Positions 27,336 to 34,846 of a stretch of 34,846 nucleotides of DNA are shown piece by piece (positions within the stretch are counted from its first letter, which is position 1; every line of letters starts with the position of its first letter). The position numbers and the translations under genes were made by a program. Origin of the DNA: Ruminiclostridium sp. (GTDB taxonomy: Bacteria > Bacillota > Clostridia > Acetivibrionales > DTU013); contig VEPD01000380.1 in assembly GCA_012027035.1 (NCBI GenBank), positions 1 through 34,846 of the forward strand. The letters are read 5' to 3'. A model generated the notes under the pieces. It was not told where the DNA came from, did no database searches, and worked only from the letters and a program-made list of their open reading frames with translations.

Positions 27336-28928
27336 ATTAATATTTGCTTAATTAATCCACCGGTATCTACTAATATAAAGTATGTAGATCAATCTATTTA
27401 CAAAAAACAGGTACTACATTTAGGGATTGGATACATTGCATCCTTTTTGGAGTTAAATGGATACAACTGTGAGGTAATGGAATGTCCATGTCTTAACATG
27501 AGCCTAAAAGATGCAGAAGTATTTTTAAAAAAACATAAGTTTGATGTATATGGTATTACTGTATTGGAATTCAATTTAATGTTTGCTATTCATTTAGTGA
27601 AGAAAATTAAAGAGATTAATCCCGATTCATTTATATTCATTGGTGGATACTATCCAACTATTTGTACAGAAGAAGCATTTAGCTTGTTTAAAGACATCAA
27701 TTGTTGTGTATTGGGAGAAGGAGAATTAACTTGCTTAGAAATTATAAAAGAACTGGGATGTAAAAAAAACTTAGACAAGATCGATGGTATTGCATATATT
27801 AAAGATAATACTGTAAGAATTAATAAAAAACGTTTGCTTATTGAAAAACTAGATATATTACCAGCGCCAAAGGTTACATATGTTCCAGATACACTCTGTA
27901 TGCCAATAATATCTACAAGAGGCTGTTATGGTAAATGTTCTTTTTGCTCAATACGTACATATTTCCAAAGTTGCATTGGAGAATCCATAAGAACACGAAG
28001 TCCAGAAAATGTCGTTGAAGAAATGAAAACACTTTATGAGAAACATAGGATACGTTTCTTTTCATTTCAAGATGATATTTTCTTTATAAATTCAAAGGAA
28101 GATAAAGCAAGGATTAATATATTTTGCAAAGGTATTGAAAAATACAACCTTAATGTTAGATTTAGGATATCTTTAAGGTCATCCGAAGTACTGACATGTA
28201 GTGATTCTTTAAGAAGACTAAAGGAAGTTGGACTTGATATTGTGTTTATTGGTGTTGAAAGTTTTGTTGATAGACAGTTGAAATTATTTAATAAAGATAT
28301 ATCTGTCAAAACTAACATTGAGGCAATATTGATGCTACAGCAAATGGATATTAACTACTGTTTAGGGCTTATTCTTTTGGATCCATATCTCAATGTTGAT
28401 GAGTATTTATACAACATACGAGCATTAAAGAATATTAATCATTTTAAGTATTGCAACAATGATACTATACTGACCTCATTTACTTCTCCGTTAGTTGCTT
28501 TTCGCGGATCCCCAATATATGATAAAATTAAATCTAGCAAAATGATATCGAATAATGAGGTTGGTTATATTTTCGCTGACGATAAAGTCCGTGTATTATA
28601 TCAATATATTCGAAAATGGAGAACTATTTTGTATCCATTTGTTAGTATGTGTAACATTTCTGTTTCGTTACCAGATTTTGAAATTAAAAATGAATCAAAG
28701 GATATATTGGTACTGAAGTCATTATTGGCAAGACATGATCTAGATTTTTTAGAAGAATTATGCATAGCGTTTTCATCGAGTAATAATAAAAAGAGCCTCG
28801 ATGATGTTGTATTAAAATATGAAGCACTCATAAATAATATTGATCACAGAGTGATTAAGAAGGTGAATCATGATTCAGAAAGGTACAAAATCAATCGAGA
28901 CAGGAAGACTTTTGTTACGGAATTTTGA
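27336..28928 (+). CDS. B12-binding-domain radical SAM enzyme (class B, methyltransferase-like)
   Basis: CxxxCxxC cluster in ISTRGCYGKCSFCSI. B12-binding domain FIFIGGYYPT..CVLGEGELTCLEIIKEL. Homology-like N-terminus INICLINPP...VLHLGIGYIASFLELNGY begins upstream of the first canonical start (TTG 27447). The frame is open from 27321 and has no ATG/GTG/TTG before 27447. ATT 27336 lies 6 nt after GAGGGG (27324-27329). Confidence 0.8.
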   Translation: MNICLINPPVSTNIKYVDQSIYKKQVLHLGIGYIASFLELNGYNCEVMECPCLNMSLKDAEVFLKKHKFDVYGITVLEFNLMFAIHLVKKIKEINPDSFIFIGGYYPTICTEEAFSLFKDINCCVLGEGELTCLEIIKELGCKKNLDKIDGIAYIKDNTVRINKKRLLIEKLDILPAPKVTYVPDTLCMPIISTRGCYGKCSFCSIRTYFQSCIGESIRTRSPENVVEEMKTLYEKHRIRFFSFQDDIFFINSKEDKARINIFCKGIEKYNLNVRFRISLRSSEVLTCSDSLRRLKEVGLDIVFIGVESFVDRQLKLFNKDISVKTNIEAILMLQQMDINYCLGLILLDPYLNVDEYLYNIRALKNINHFKYCNNDTILTSFTSPLVAFRGSPIYDKIKSSKMISNNEVGYIFADDKVRVLYQYIRKWRTILYPFVSMCNISVSLPDFEIKNESKDILVLKSLLARHDLDFLEELCIAFSSSNNKKSLDDVVLKYEALINNIDHRVIKKVNHDSERYKINRDRKTFVTEF

Positions 28929-29418
28929 GAAAAATGACGTTGAATCATTTTTTAGTTGCTGTGGGAGTCGTGTTATTTTGGGTCAATACATGTCTTGGAC
29001 TCCTCACGGCAACATAAAAATAACAAAAAGAATACTTGATATTATAACTGAATCATATAAAAATGACACATACAATTGGGCAATTGTATCAAAAAATAGA
29101 AATGAAGTTATAGGATCAATTTTTGTAAAGAGTTTATTTCCAGAACATAAATGCTGTGAAATAGGGTACTATTTGTGTGAAGATTTCTGGGGAAAAGGTT
29201 TAATGACAGAGGCGGTTGTGGTGGTTGTTAAGTTTTTATTTAATGAAGTCGGAGTACATAGAGTGCAGGCTTTTCATGATATTCAAAATATTGCATCTGA
29301 ACGGGTATTGCAAAAATCTGGATTTCGTTTAGAAGGTACTATGCGTCACAATCGAATTCGTAAAGATGGATCATTTTCTGATGTGAATATTTGGGCAATA
29401 TTAAACGAAGAAGGGTGA
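28870..29418 (+). CDS. GNAT N-acetyltransferase, RimJ/RimL (Acetyltransf_3) type
   Basis: N-terminus SIETGRLLLRNFEKNDVESFF and acetyl-CoA motif FWGKGLMTEAV. RBS AAGGTGA precedes ATG 28870. It overlaps the radical SAM gene by 59 nt in another frame. Confidence 0.8.
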   Translation: MIQKGTKSIETGRLLLRNFEKNDVESFFSCCGSRVILGQYMSWTPHGNIKITKRILDIITESYKNDTYNWAIVSKNRNEVIGSIFVKSLFPEHKCCEIGYYLCEDFWGKGLMTEAVVVVVKFLFNEVGVHRVQAFHDIQNIASERVLQKSGFRLEGTMRHNRIRKDGSFSDVNIWAILNEEG

Positions 29419-29424
29419 ATTGTA

Positions 29425-30303
29425 TTGATAATACTGGAAAAACATATGGATTGTTTCCAAATGTCCTTTGAATATATTTGTGGGGTATATAATGTTAATT
29501 ATATACCTATATACTTAAATTCGTATAACTTTGACTACGGACTTAAATATTACTATATATATAACTTTGAAACTATATTAAAATATATAGGATTAAGAGT
29601 GAGGGATGTGTATTCTATTTCTAACTCGTATTCAATAAGGGATTTATTGTTAAAACACGAATGTATATTGCTATCAATAGATCAATTCTATTGCCCGTGG
29701 CATAGAGCTTATAAAGTATCACATTTTTGCCACAATTGTGTAATAACTGATTGTGATGATGCAAATGTTACATGTTATGATCCATATATTACTAAAAACA
29801 AAGTATTGTTACCATTTGATTATCTGTACAATGGTGTTGACAAAATTATGCTATTTGAAAAGGAATCAAAGGCTAAACAATTGAAAATATCGGATGTGAT
29901 TAGTTATTTACAAAATAGAATTACTGAATTTAGAGTGGATGAAATTGTAAACAACATAATAATCGATTTTGTGCAAATACAACGGGAATCGGTTACTCAA
30001 AAAGACATATATCTATATCCGATGTTAATATGGCTTAAGAGAATTGCTGATGGAAGATATCAATTATTTTATTTATTAATGCACATTGGTATCGATGAAG
30101 AGACTAATAAATTTTTATTAAAAAAGTTATGGGATTGTGTTGAAATCTGGAGTAAGATATACAATATGATTATCAAGTCATTACTGATGCACAATAACAC
30201 CAATAGTGATATACTTTCAAAAATCATTAACCGTTTAACTGATATTATTAAGAAAGAGGACGAAATTTTGGAGATGGTAAGAGGATTTGCGATATATTAT
30301 TAA
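29425..30303 (+). CDS. hypothetical protein, tentatively BtrH_N-like (papain/C39-fold Cys-His carrier-protein-dependent acyltransferase)
   Basis: N-terminal HMDCFQMSFEYICGVYNV..YLNSYNFDYG and SIDQFYCPWHRAYKVSHFCHNCVITDCDDANVTCYDPY fit my memory of the BtrH_N pattern (h...C......l..., vD.yylP......H..lv.GyD....v.v.DP). No search was possible. TTG start lies 7 nt after AAGGGTGA. Confidence 0.4.
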   Translation: MIILEKHMDCFQMSFEYICGVYNVNYIPIYLNSYNFDYGLKYYYIYNFETILKYIGLRVRDVYSISNSYSIRDLLLKHECILLSIDQFYCPWHRAYKVSHFCHNCVITDCDDANVTCYDPYITKNKVLLPFDYLYNGVDKIMLFEKESKAKQLKISDVISYLQNRITEFRVDEIVNNIIIDFVQIQRESVTQKDIYLYPMLIWLKRIADGRYQLFYLLMHIGIDEETNKFLLKKLWDCVEIWSKIYNMIIKSLLMHNNTNSDILSKIINRLTDIIKKEDEILEMVRGFAIYY

Positions 30304-30317
30304 TAGGAGTAGAGTAT

Positions 30318-31079
30318 ATGTACTATTTTAAAACTACTTTCAAAAACTCTTTGGTATATCGCTGGTCCGTATTTTTTTCAGTGGGTAGGTTAGTATTACT
30401 TATTGCTATTAATATTATGCTGTGGCGAGTGTTATATCAAAACAATATCACTATGATTTCATATATGACAAGGTACACAATAATATCAAATATTATTATG
30501 ATGTTTTATTCTCGGGGGGTACATATGAGACTTGCTGAGAAAGTGACATCTGGAGATTTTGCAATAGATTTGATTCGCCCCGTTAATCTGTTTTTTATGT
30601 TTTGGCAGATAGAGGTATCGGGAATAATCTCTAATTTGTTATTATGTGGATTACCAGTAATTGTGATTTATTTTCCATTTATCATCGGAGATACAGAATA
30701 TTATAATGTTTTGCTTGTAATAATTGCGGTTGTTTTAGGTCATATATTGTTTTTCATGATTTATTATTTGCTGGGTTTGACAGCATTCATAATTATAGAA
30801 ATAGAACCTATAGGGCGATTATTAGATGACACAATTCGGCTTATGGCGGGGGGATTTATCCCATTAGCATTGTTGCCCAGCTACCTTGGTAAAATAGCAA
30901 ATGTCTTACCATTTAGGTATTTATATTCTTTTCCACTAGAGCTTCTCTTAGGCGTGAAAAGTGTTGGCAATATTATGAATAAGTTTATTATATTATGTCT
31001 ATGGATTTTTATTTTTGCATTTATCAATATATGTGTATACAAAATTGCTATCAAGAAAATTGCCATTCAAGGAGGTTAA
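30318..31079 (+). CDS. ABC-2 family transporter permease (ABC2_membrane_6-like), subunit 1
   Basis: Polytopic hydrophobic 253-aa protein. N-terminal YRWSVFFS...LWRVLY..., and GDFAIDLIRPVNL typical of this permease family. RBS AGGAG 30304-30308. Confidence 0.7.
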   Translation: MYYFKTTFKNSLVYRWSVFFSVGRLVLLIAINIMLWRVLYQNNITMISYMTRYTIISNIIMMFYSRGVHMRLAEKVTSGDFAIDLIRPVNLFFMFWQIEVSGIISNLLLCGLPVIVIYFPFIIGDTEYYNVLLVIIAVVLGHILFFMIYYLLGLTAFIIIEIEPIGRLLDDTIRLMAGGFIPLALLPSYLGKIANVLPFRYLYSFPLELLLGVKSVGNIMNKFIILCLWIFIFAFINICVYKIAIKKIAIQGG

Positions 31080-31080
31080 T

Positions 31081-31884
31081 TTGTTAGGAAATATACGTCT
31101 TTACGGCACCTTTTTAAAACTTTCCTTAAAAGGACGAATGGAGTATAAATTTTCGTTTTTTTCAAGCATATTAGCAAACTTTTACTGTTACTTTATAACA
31201 TATTTGACGTACTGGGTGATAACGCAACGATTTGGAACTATAAGCGGGTGGGAATATGAGGATTTAGTGATTTTATATGGACTTAATCTGTTTACTTATT
31301 CTATAGCATGTGCATTGTTTTTTAATAGTGCCCTCCAACTTGAACGGGAGATTACTACTGGCCGTTTAGATGGCTACCTTGTTCGTCCCATGGGACTAAT
31401 CCAACAATTGCTATTAAGTCGAATCGCACTACCTGCGATTGGGCAGATTATAGTGTCATTGATTTTTGTAGTAACTGCATTTATACGAATTAGTTGGAAG
31501 ATAACTGTTTTCGGCTACTTTTATTTCTGTTTATCAGTATTGACCGGAGCATTGCTTCAATCAGGTGCTATGATTTTAATAGGTAGTCTTAGTTTTTGGA
31601 TGTTGCGCACGCGCGATTTAGCTATAACAGTTTATTATGATTTGCGATCCTTTATTAATTACCCGATTGTAATTTTTCCATTAATTATTCGCATTTTACT
31701 AACGTATGTATTTCCTTGGGCGTTCATTAACTATTACCCTTGTCTTATCATCTTGAGCAAAGCGAAGACTCAAGAAGAGTACATCCTTGGGCTATTGTCA
31801 CCTATTGTCTCTATTTTGTTTTTTCTATTGTCACTTTGTGTTTTTCACCATGGATTGCATAGATATTCTAGTAGTGGGAGTTGA
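31081..31884 (+). CDS. ABC-2 family transporter permease, subunit 2
   Basis: TTG 31081 sits 6 nt after AAGGAGG (31069-31075) and 1 nt after the upstream stop. The product ..LKLSLKGRMEYKFSFFSS...TGRLDGYLVRPMGL parallels subunit 1. The tracked ATG 31015 overlaps the previous gene. Confidence 0.7.
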   Translation: MLGNIRLYGTFLKLSLKGRMEYKFSFFSSILANFYCYFITYLTYWVITQRFGTISGWEYEDLVILYGLNLFTYSIACALFFNSALQLEREITTGRLDGYLVRPMGLIQQLLLSRIALPAIGQIIVSLIFVVTAFIRISWKITVFGYFYFCLSVLTGALLQSGAMILIGSLSFWMLRTRDLAITVYYDLRSFINYPIVIFPLIIRILLTYVFPWAFINYYPCLIILSKAKTQEEYILGLLSPIVSILFFLLSLCVFHHGLHRYSSSGS

Positions 31885-32874
31885 GTGATAAGCGTGGAGA
31901 ATATTGTTCAAATCGAAAATATTTCTCGTGAATACAAAGTAGCAAAACGGGATGGTGGTTTTGCTAAATTTATCTTTTCTCGAGAGCATGAAATAGTCTA
32001 TGCCGTTAGAAATATTTCTTTTTCGGTAGCAAAAGGTGAATTAGTTGGCTTATTAGGTCCTAATGGATCAGGAAAATCAACCACAATAAAAATGTTGAGT
32101 GGAATCATTACGCCATCAGCAGGGAAGTTGTATGTCATGGGTAATGACCCATTTAAGAGGCGTAAGCATAATGCTTATAACATCGGAGTTGTATTTGGAC
32201 AACGTTCGCAACTGTGGTGGGATTTACCAATTGGAGATACTTTTTACCTGCTCAAAAAGATTTATAAGATTTCTGATGAGACATACAAGCAAAATCTAAA
32301 TCTATCTAAAAAATATCTTGATCTAGAAAGTATTTGGAATCAACCCGTACGCCAGTTAAGTCTTGGACAACGTATGAGGGCAGAGATCGTTGCTGCCATT
32401 TTGCATAACCCCAAACTGTTGTTTTTAGACGAGCCGACTATTGGATTGGATATCGTAGTGAAGCATCAAATTCGTGAATTTATACTAAAACTTAATAATG
32501 ACTATAAGACCACAGTTATCCTTACATCTCATGACATGAAAGACATTGAGGATATTTGTAAAAAAATTATCCTGGTAGACAAAGGCAGAGTCGCTATTGA
32601 TTGTCACATTGATGAATTGAAACAAATGTATAATAAAACTGCAGTTGTGAAATTGTCACTTAGTAGTGCCGTATCAAACATAGCAATACTTGGTGCAAGG
32701 GGGATGTCTGAATTGGGAGGGAGACAATGGTCATTTCTTGTAGATAAAAGTGTTACAACAACAGGGCGTGTTGTGTTTGAGGTTTCCCAAATTGCGGAGG
32801 TTACGGAGCTAGAAATAATTGAACAAGCAATGGAGGATATTCTGCATGATATATATAAAAACGGTGTGAGATAA
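31885..32874 (+). CDS. ABC transporter ATP-binding protein
   Basis: Walker A GLLGPNGSGKSTT, signature LSLGQRMR, Walker B LLFLDEPTIGLD, H-loop LTSHDM. The GTG start directly abuts the upstream TGA. Confidence 0.9.
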   Translation: MISVENIVQIENISREYKVAKRDGGFAKFIFSREHEIVYAVRNISFSVAKGELVGLLGPNGSGKSTTIKMLSGIITPSAGKLYVMGNDPFKRRKHNAYNIGVVFGQRSQLWWDLPIGDTFYLLKKIYKISDETYKQNLNLSKKYLDLESIWNQPVRQLSLGQRMRAEIVAAILHNPKLLFLDEPTIGLDIVVKHQIREFILKLNNDYKTTVILTSHDMKDIEDICKKIILVDKGRVAIDCHIDELKQMYNKTAVVKLSLSSAVSNIAILGARGMSELGGRQWSFLVDKSVTTTGRVVFEVSQIAEVTELEIIEQAMEDILHDIYKNGVR

Positions 32875-32943
32875 CAAATTACCATATTTATTGGTTAAAT
32901 AATAATCTATGAATGATCATACTACCTACTTGAAAGGATAAGT

Positions 32944-34548
32944 TTGATACACTATTATACATATCCATATCAAACAGGACATGAGATGAAAAATTATAAT
33001 AATGGAACTGTAAGAATCAGTGTAATATCAAATATTGTTTGCGAGAACCTTGAATCGTCACTTCGGGAGTGCTTTGAAGGTTACGAAGTTCTCATCACAT
33101 CAATACAATATTGGGACTATATGAACCATAAGTATATGGAGAATTATGCATGCTCAGACCTGATTATTGTATGGTTGAATTTTGAATTCCTGTTTCCAGA
33201 TGCTTACAATCAAGATCATCGCAAACAAGTTGAATCGGATGCTTTTATAAACGACGTTACAAAACTGTGTGCAAGTATAACTGAAAATCTTACTAATGTA
33301 TCGAATTGTAAAGTTTATTGGCTCTTATTTGAGGATTATTTTTTACCAATCCGCCAAATAATTGGGTATGTATACAATTTTTCTATAGTAGATATTTTAA
33401 ATCAAAATTTTGTTAATGTGCATAACCAGCATGTTTTTTGTGTAAATACGAAGGATATTATTGCTGAAATAGGTATACAAAATGCATTTGACAAAAAAAG
33501 TAAATATCGCTGGAGTTCTCCATATTCAAGGGAATTAATCAGCACAGTGGGAAGAGAAATTTATAAACAATATAAAATCGAAAATAGTATGACAAAAAAA
33601 TGTCTTGTTTTGGATTGCGACAATGTTTTATGGGGTGGCATATTAGCGGATGATGGAATTGAAAATATAAAGCTTGGTAGTACTGGATATGGACGAATTT
33701 TTCAAGATTTCCAACGATTTTTGCTATATCTATATAATCATGGCGTTACTCTTTCAATAGTAAGTAAGAACAATTCGAAAGACGTCCTAGATGTATTTAC
33801 AGGACATAGCGACATGATATTGCATGAAAACCATATAGCTTGTTTTCAAATCAACTGGGATAATAAACCGGATAACATTAGAATAATATCAAAATCCTTA
33901 AATATTGGACTTGACCAAATGGTATTTGTTGATGATATGCAATTTGAGATCGAAGCAGTGAGGAGCATGATACCCGAGGTTACTACTATTCTTTTCGAAC
34001 ACAATAGTATTTACGATATATTATCATGTTTTAATTTGAAAATTGATACGAATCTCGCGGATATTGAAAGACGTAATATGACATACCGTACTAATAATTT
34101 TCGAGAGACATTAAAGGCTCAATATTCAGATTATGTAGAATTTATAAATGCGTTAGAAATGAAGATCGATATTCACGAGGCTAAGCCTATTGAATATAAT
34201 CGCATATCAGAGCTTACTCAGCGTACTAATAAATGTACGAATGGAAGACGCTATACAGTGGCTGAAATTCTGCAGAGGATCACCAGAAATGATGTTACAT
34301 TATACGCTCTGACATTATCTGACCGTTACTCTGATTTAGGTCTTGTTGGTTCATTTGAAGTTGAAGACAATACACTAACTGTCTTTAGTCTATCATGTAG
34401 AGCATTGGGAAGGGAGATTGAGAACAGAATGCTAGAATATATAGCTTTAAAACATAAAATAAATTATATATCATTTTCATATACCCAAAAGAATAATGAA
34501 ATAAGAACTTTATTTGTGCAAATATTTCCTGATGCTACGTTTTTATAG
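32944..34548 (+). CDS. FkbH-like HAD-superfamily IIIC enzyme (glyceryl-carrier-protein-forming type) with GNAT-like C-terminal region
   Basis: HAD motifs CLVLDCDNVLWGG (DxDx[T/V]), LSIVSKNN, MVFVDDMQFEIE. C-terminal LSCRALGREIENRMLEYI. The N-terminal VRISVISNIV... region is typical of full-length FkbH-like proteins. The start is TTG 32944 or ATG 32986. Confidence 0.75.
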   Translation: MIHYYTYPYQTGHEMKNYNNGTVRISVISNIVCENLESSLRECFEGYEVLITSIQYWDYMNHKYMENYACSDLIIVWLNFEFLFPDAYNQDHRKQVESDAFINDVTKLCASITENLTNVSNCKVYWLLFEDYFLPIRQIIGYVYNFSIVDILNQNFVNVHNQHVFCVNTKDIIAEIGIQNAFDKKSKYRWSSPYSRELISTVGREIYKQYKIENSMTKKCLVLDCDNVLWGGILADDGIENIKLGSTGYGRIFQDFQRFLLYLYNHGVTLSIVSKNNSKDVLDVFTGHSDMILHENHIACFQINWDNKPDNIRIISKSLNIGLDQMVFVDDMQFEIEAVRSMIPEVTTILFEHNSIYDILSCFNLKIDTNLADIERRNMTYRTNNFRETLKAQYSDYVEFINALEMKIDIHEAKPIEYNRISELTQRTNKCTNGRRYTVAEILQRITRNDVTLYALTLSDRYSDLGLVGSFEVEDNTLTVFSLSCRALGREIENRMLEYIALKHKINYISFSYTQKNNEIRTLFVQIFPDATFL

Positions 34549-34846
34549 CAAAACACGTGTTAGATATGGTATTTGCTGAACATTGGTTCTACAATGGTTT
34601 AACACTCAAGTGAAAGTAAAGACTTCCGTAGTCATCACCCAGTGGATACCTATATGTTGATATTTTTTGGGGAACAAAGTGAAATTAAGCTAGAAGATTG
34701 GGGGGGCTCGATGTGAAAAGACTATTATAAAAGCTATACGAGGCGCATGAATATACCGTTGCGGCGGAGCCGCAGTTCCAGAAAATCGGAAACCGATTGT
34801 CCGGAACTCGGAAACCGCCTATTGCCACAGAATCACTCGCTTAGCC

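Noticed and set aside
1-34846. The many 60-190-aa minus-strand and alternative-frame ORFs in the track (e.g. 228-464, 894-1382, 3813-4283, 6888-7457, 8089-8526, 9788-10246, 20782-21545 on +, 22150-22383, 22484-22720, 28067-28318, 32604-32885).
   Set aside because: Each lies entirely within, and antisense or out of frame to, a long ORF with clear family motifs. They have no RBS and low-complexity or odd composition, so they are shadow ORFs.
1-34846. Scan for CRISPR arrays, tRNA/rRNA genes and integrase/recombinase genes at the island borders.
   Set aside because: No regularly spaced short repeats, no cloverleaf-like or rRNA-like segments and no recombinase motifs were seen. The only repeats are the intragenic CBM duplication and the IS-flanking direct repeat.

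Overview
The window looks like a Gram-positive, Firmicutes-like genome: GGAGG-type RBSs, frequent TTG/GTG starts, PT-linkers and CBMs. Every credible gene except one transposase is on the + strand. I see three blocks. (1) 1-20139 is a GC-richer glycan-utilisation locus. It encodes a 1150-aa secreted beta-helix/2xCBM6/LamG protein, a Zn-ADH, a Gfo/Idh/MocA oxidoreductase, a PfkB sugar kinase, a GH38 alpha-mannosidase, a URO-D-family protein, a hexapeptide acetyltransferase, a GH95-like hydrolase, and one continuous ORF fusing a DgaE/SelA-like PLP enzyme to a GH3 beta-glucosidase. (2) 20108-22344 holds an intact ~2.0 kb IS1634/IS4-type insertion sequence with 16-bp imperfect IRs. It is bracketed by an unusually long (120/118 bp, 5 differences) direct repeat that duplicates the last ~32 nt of the GH3 gene. 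(3) 22345 to about 34650 is a strongly AT-rich block (15/60 G+C at 30301-30360 versus 35/60 at 10021-10080 by hand count). It starts with a near-consensus promoter and a decayed ABC-2 permease fragment. A LoaP-like NusG paralog and a 530-nt structured leader follow. Behind them lies a same-strand gene set: a standalone amino-acid adenylation enzyme, an NTP_transf_5 nucleotidyltransferase, a GC-rich IS-like scar, an 80-aa carrier protein, a B12-binding radical SAM enzyme, a RimJ/RimL-type GNAT, a BtrH-like Cys/His protein, a three-gene ABC-2 exporter and an FkbH-like HAD-IIIC enzyme. There is no KS, condensation or thioesterase domain, so this is my best candidate for an undescribed carrier-protein-dependent small-molecule system under processive antitermination. 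I saw no rRNA, tRNA or CRISPR array. All family calls come from motif recognition by eye, and no searches were run.
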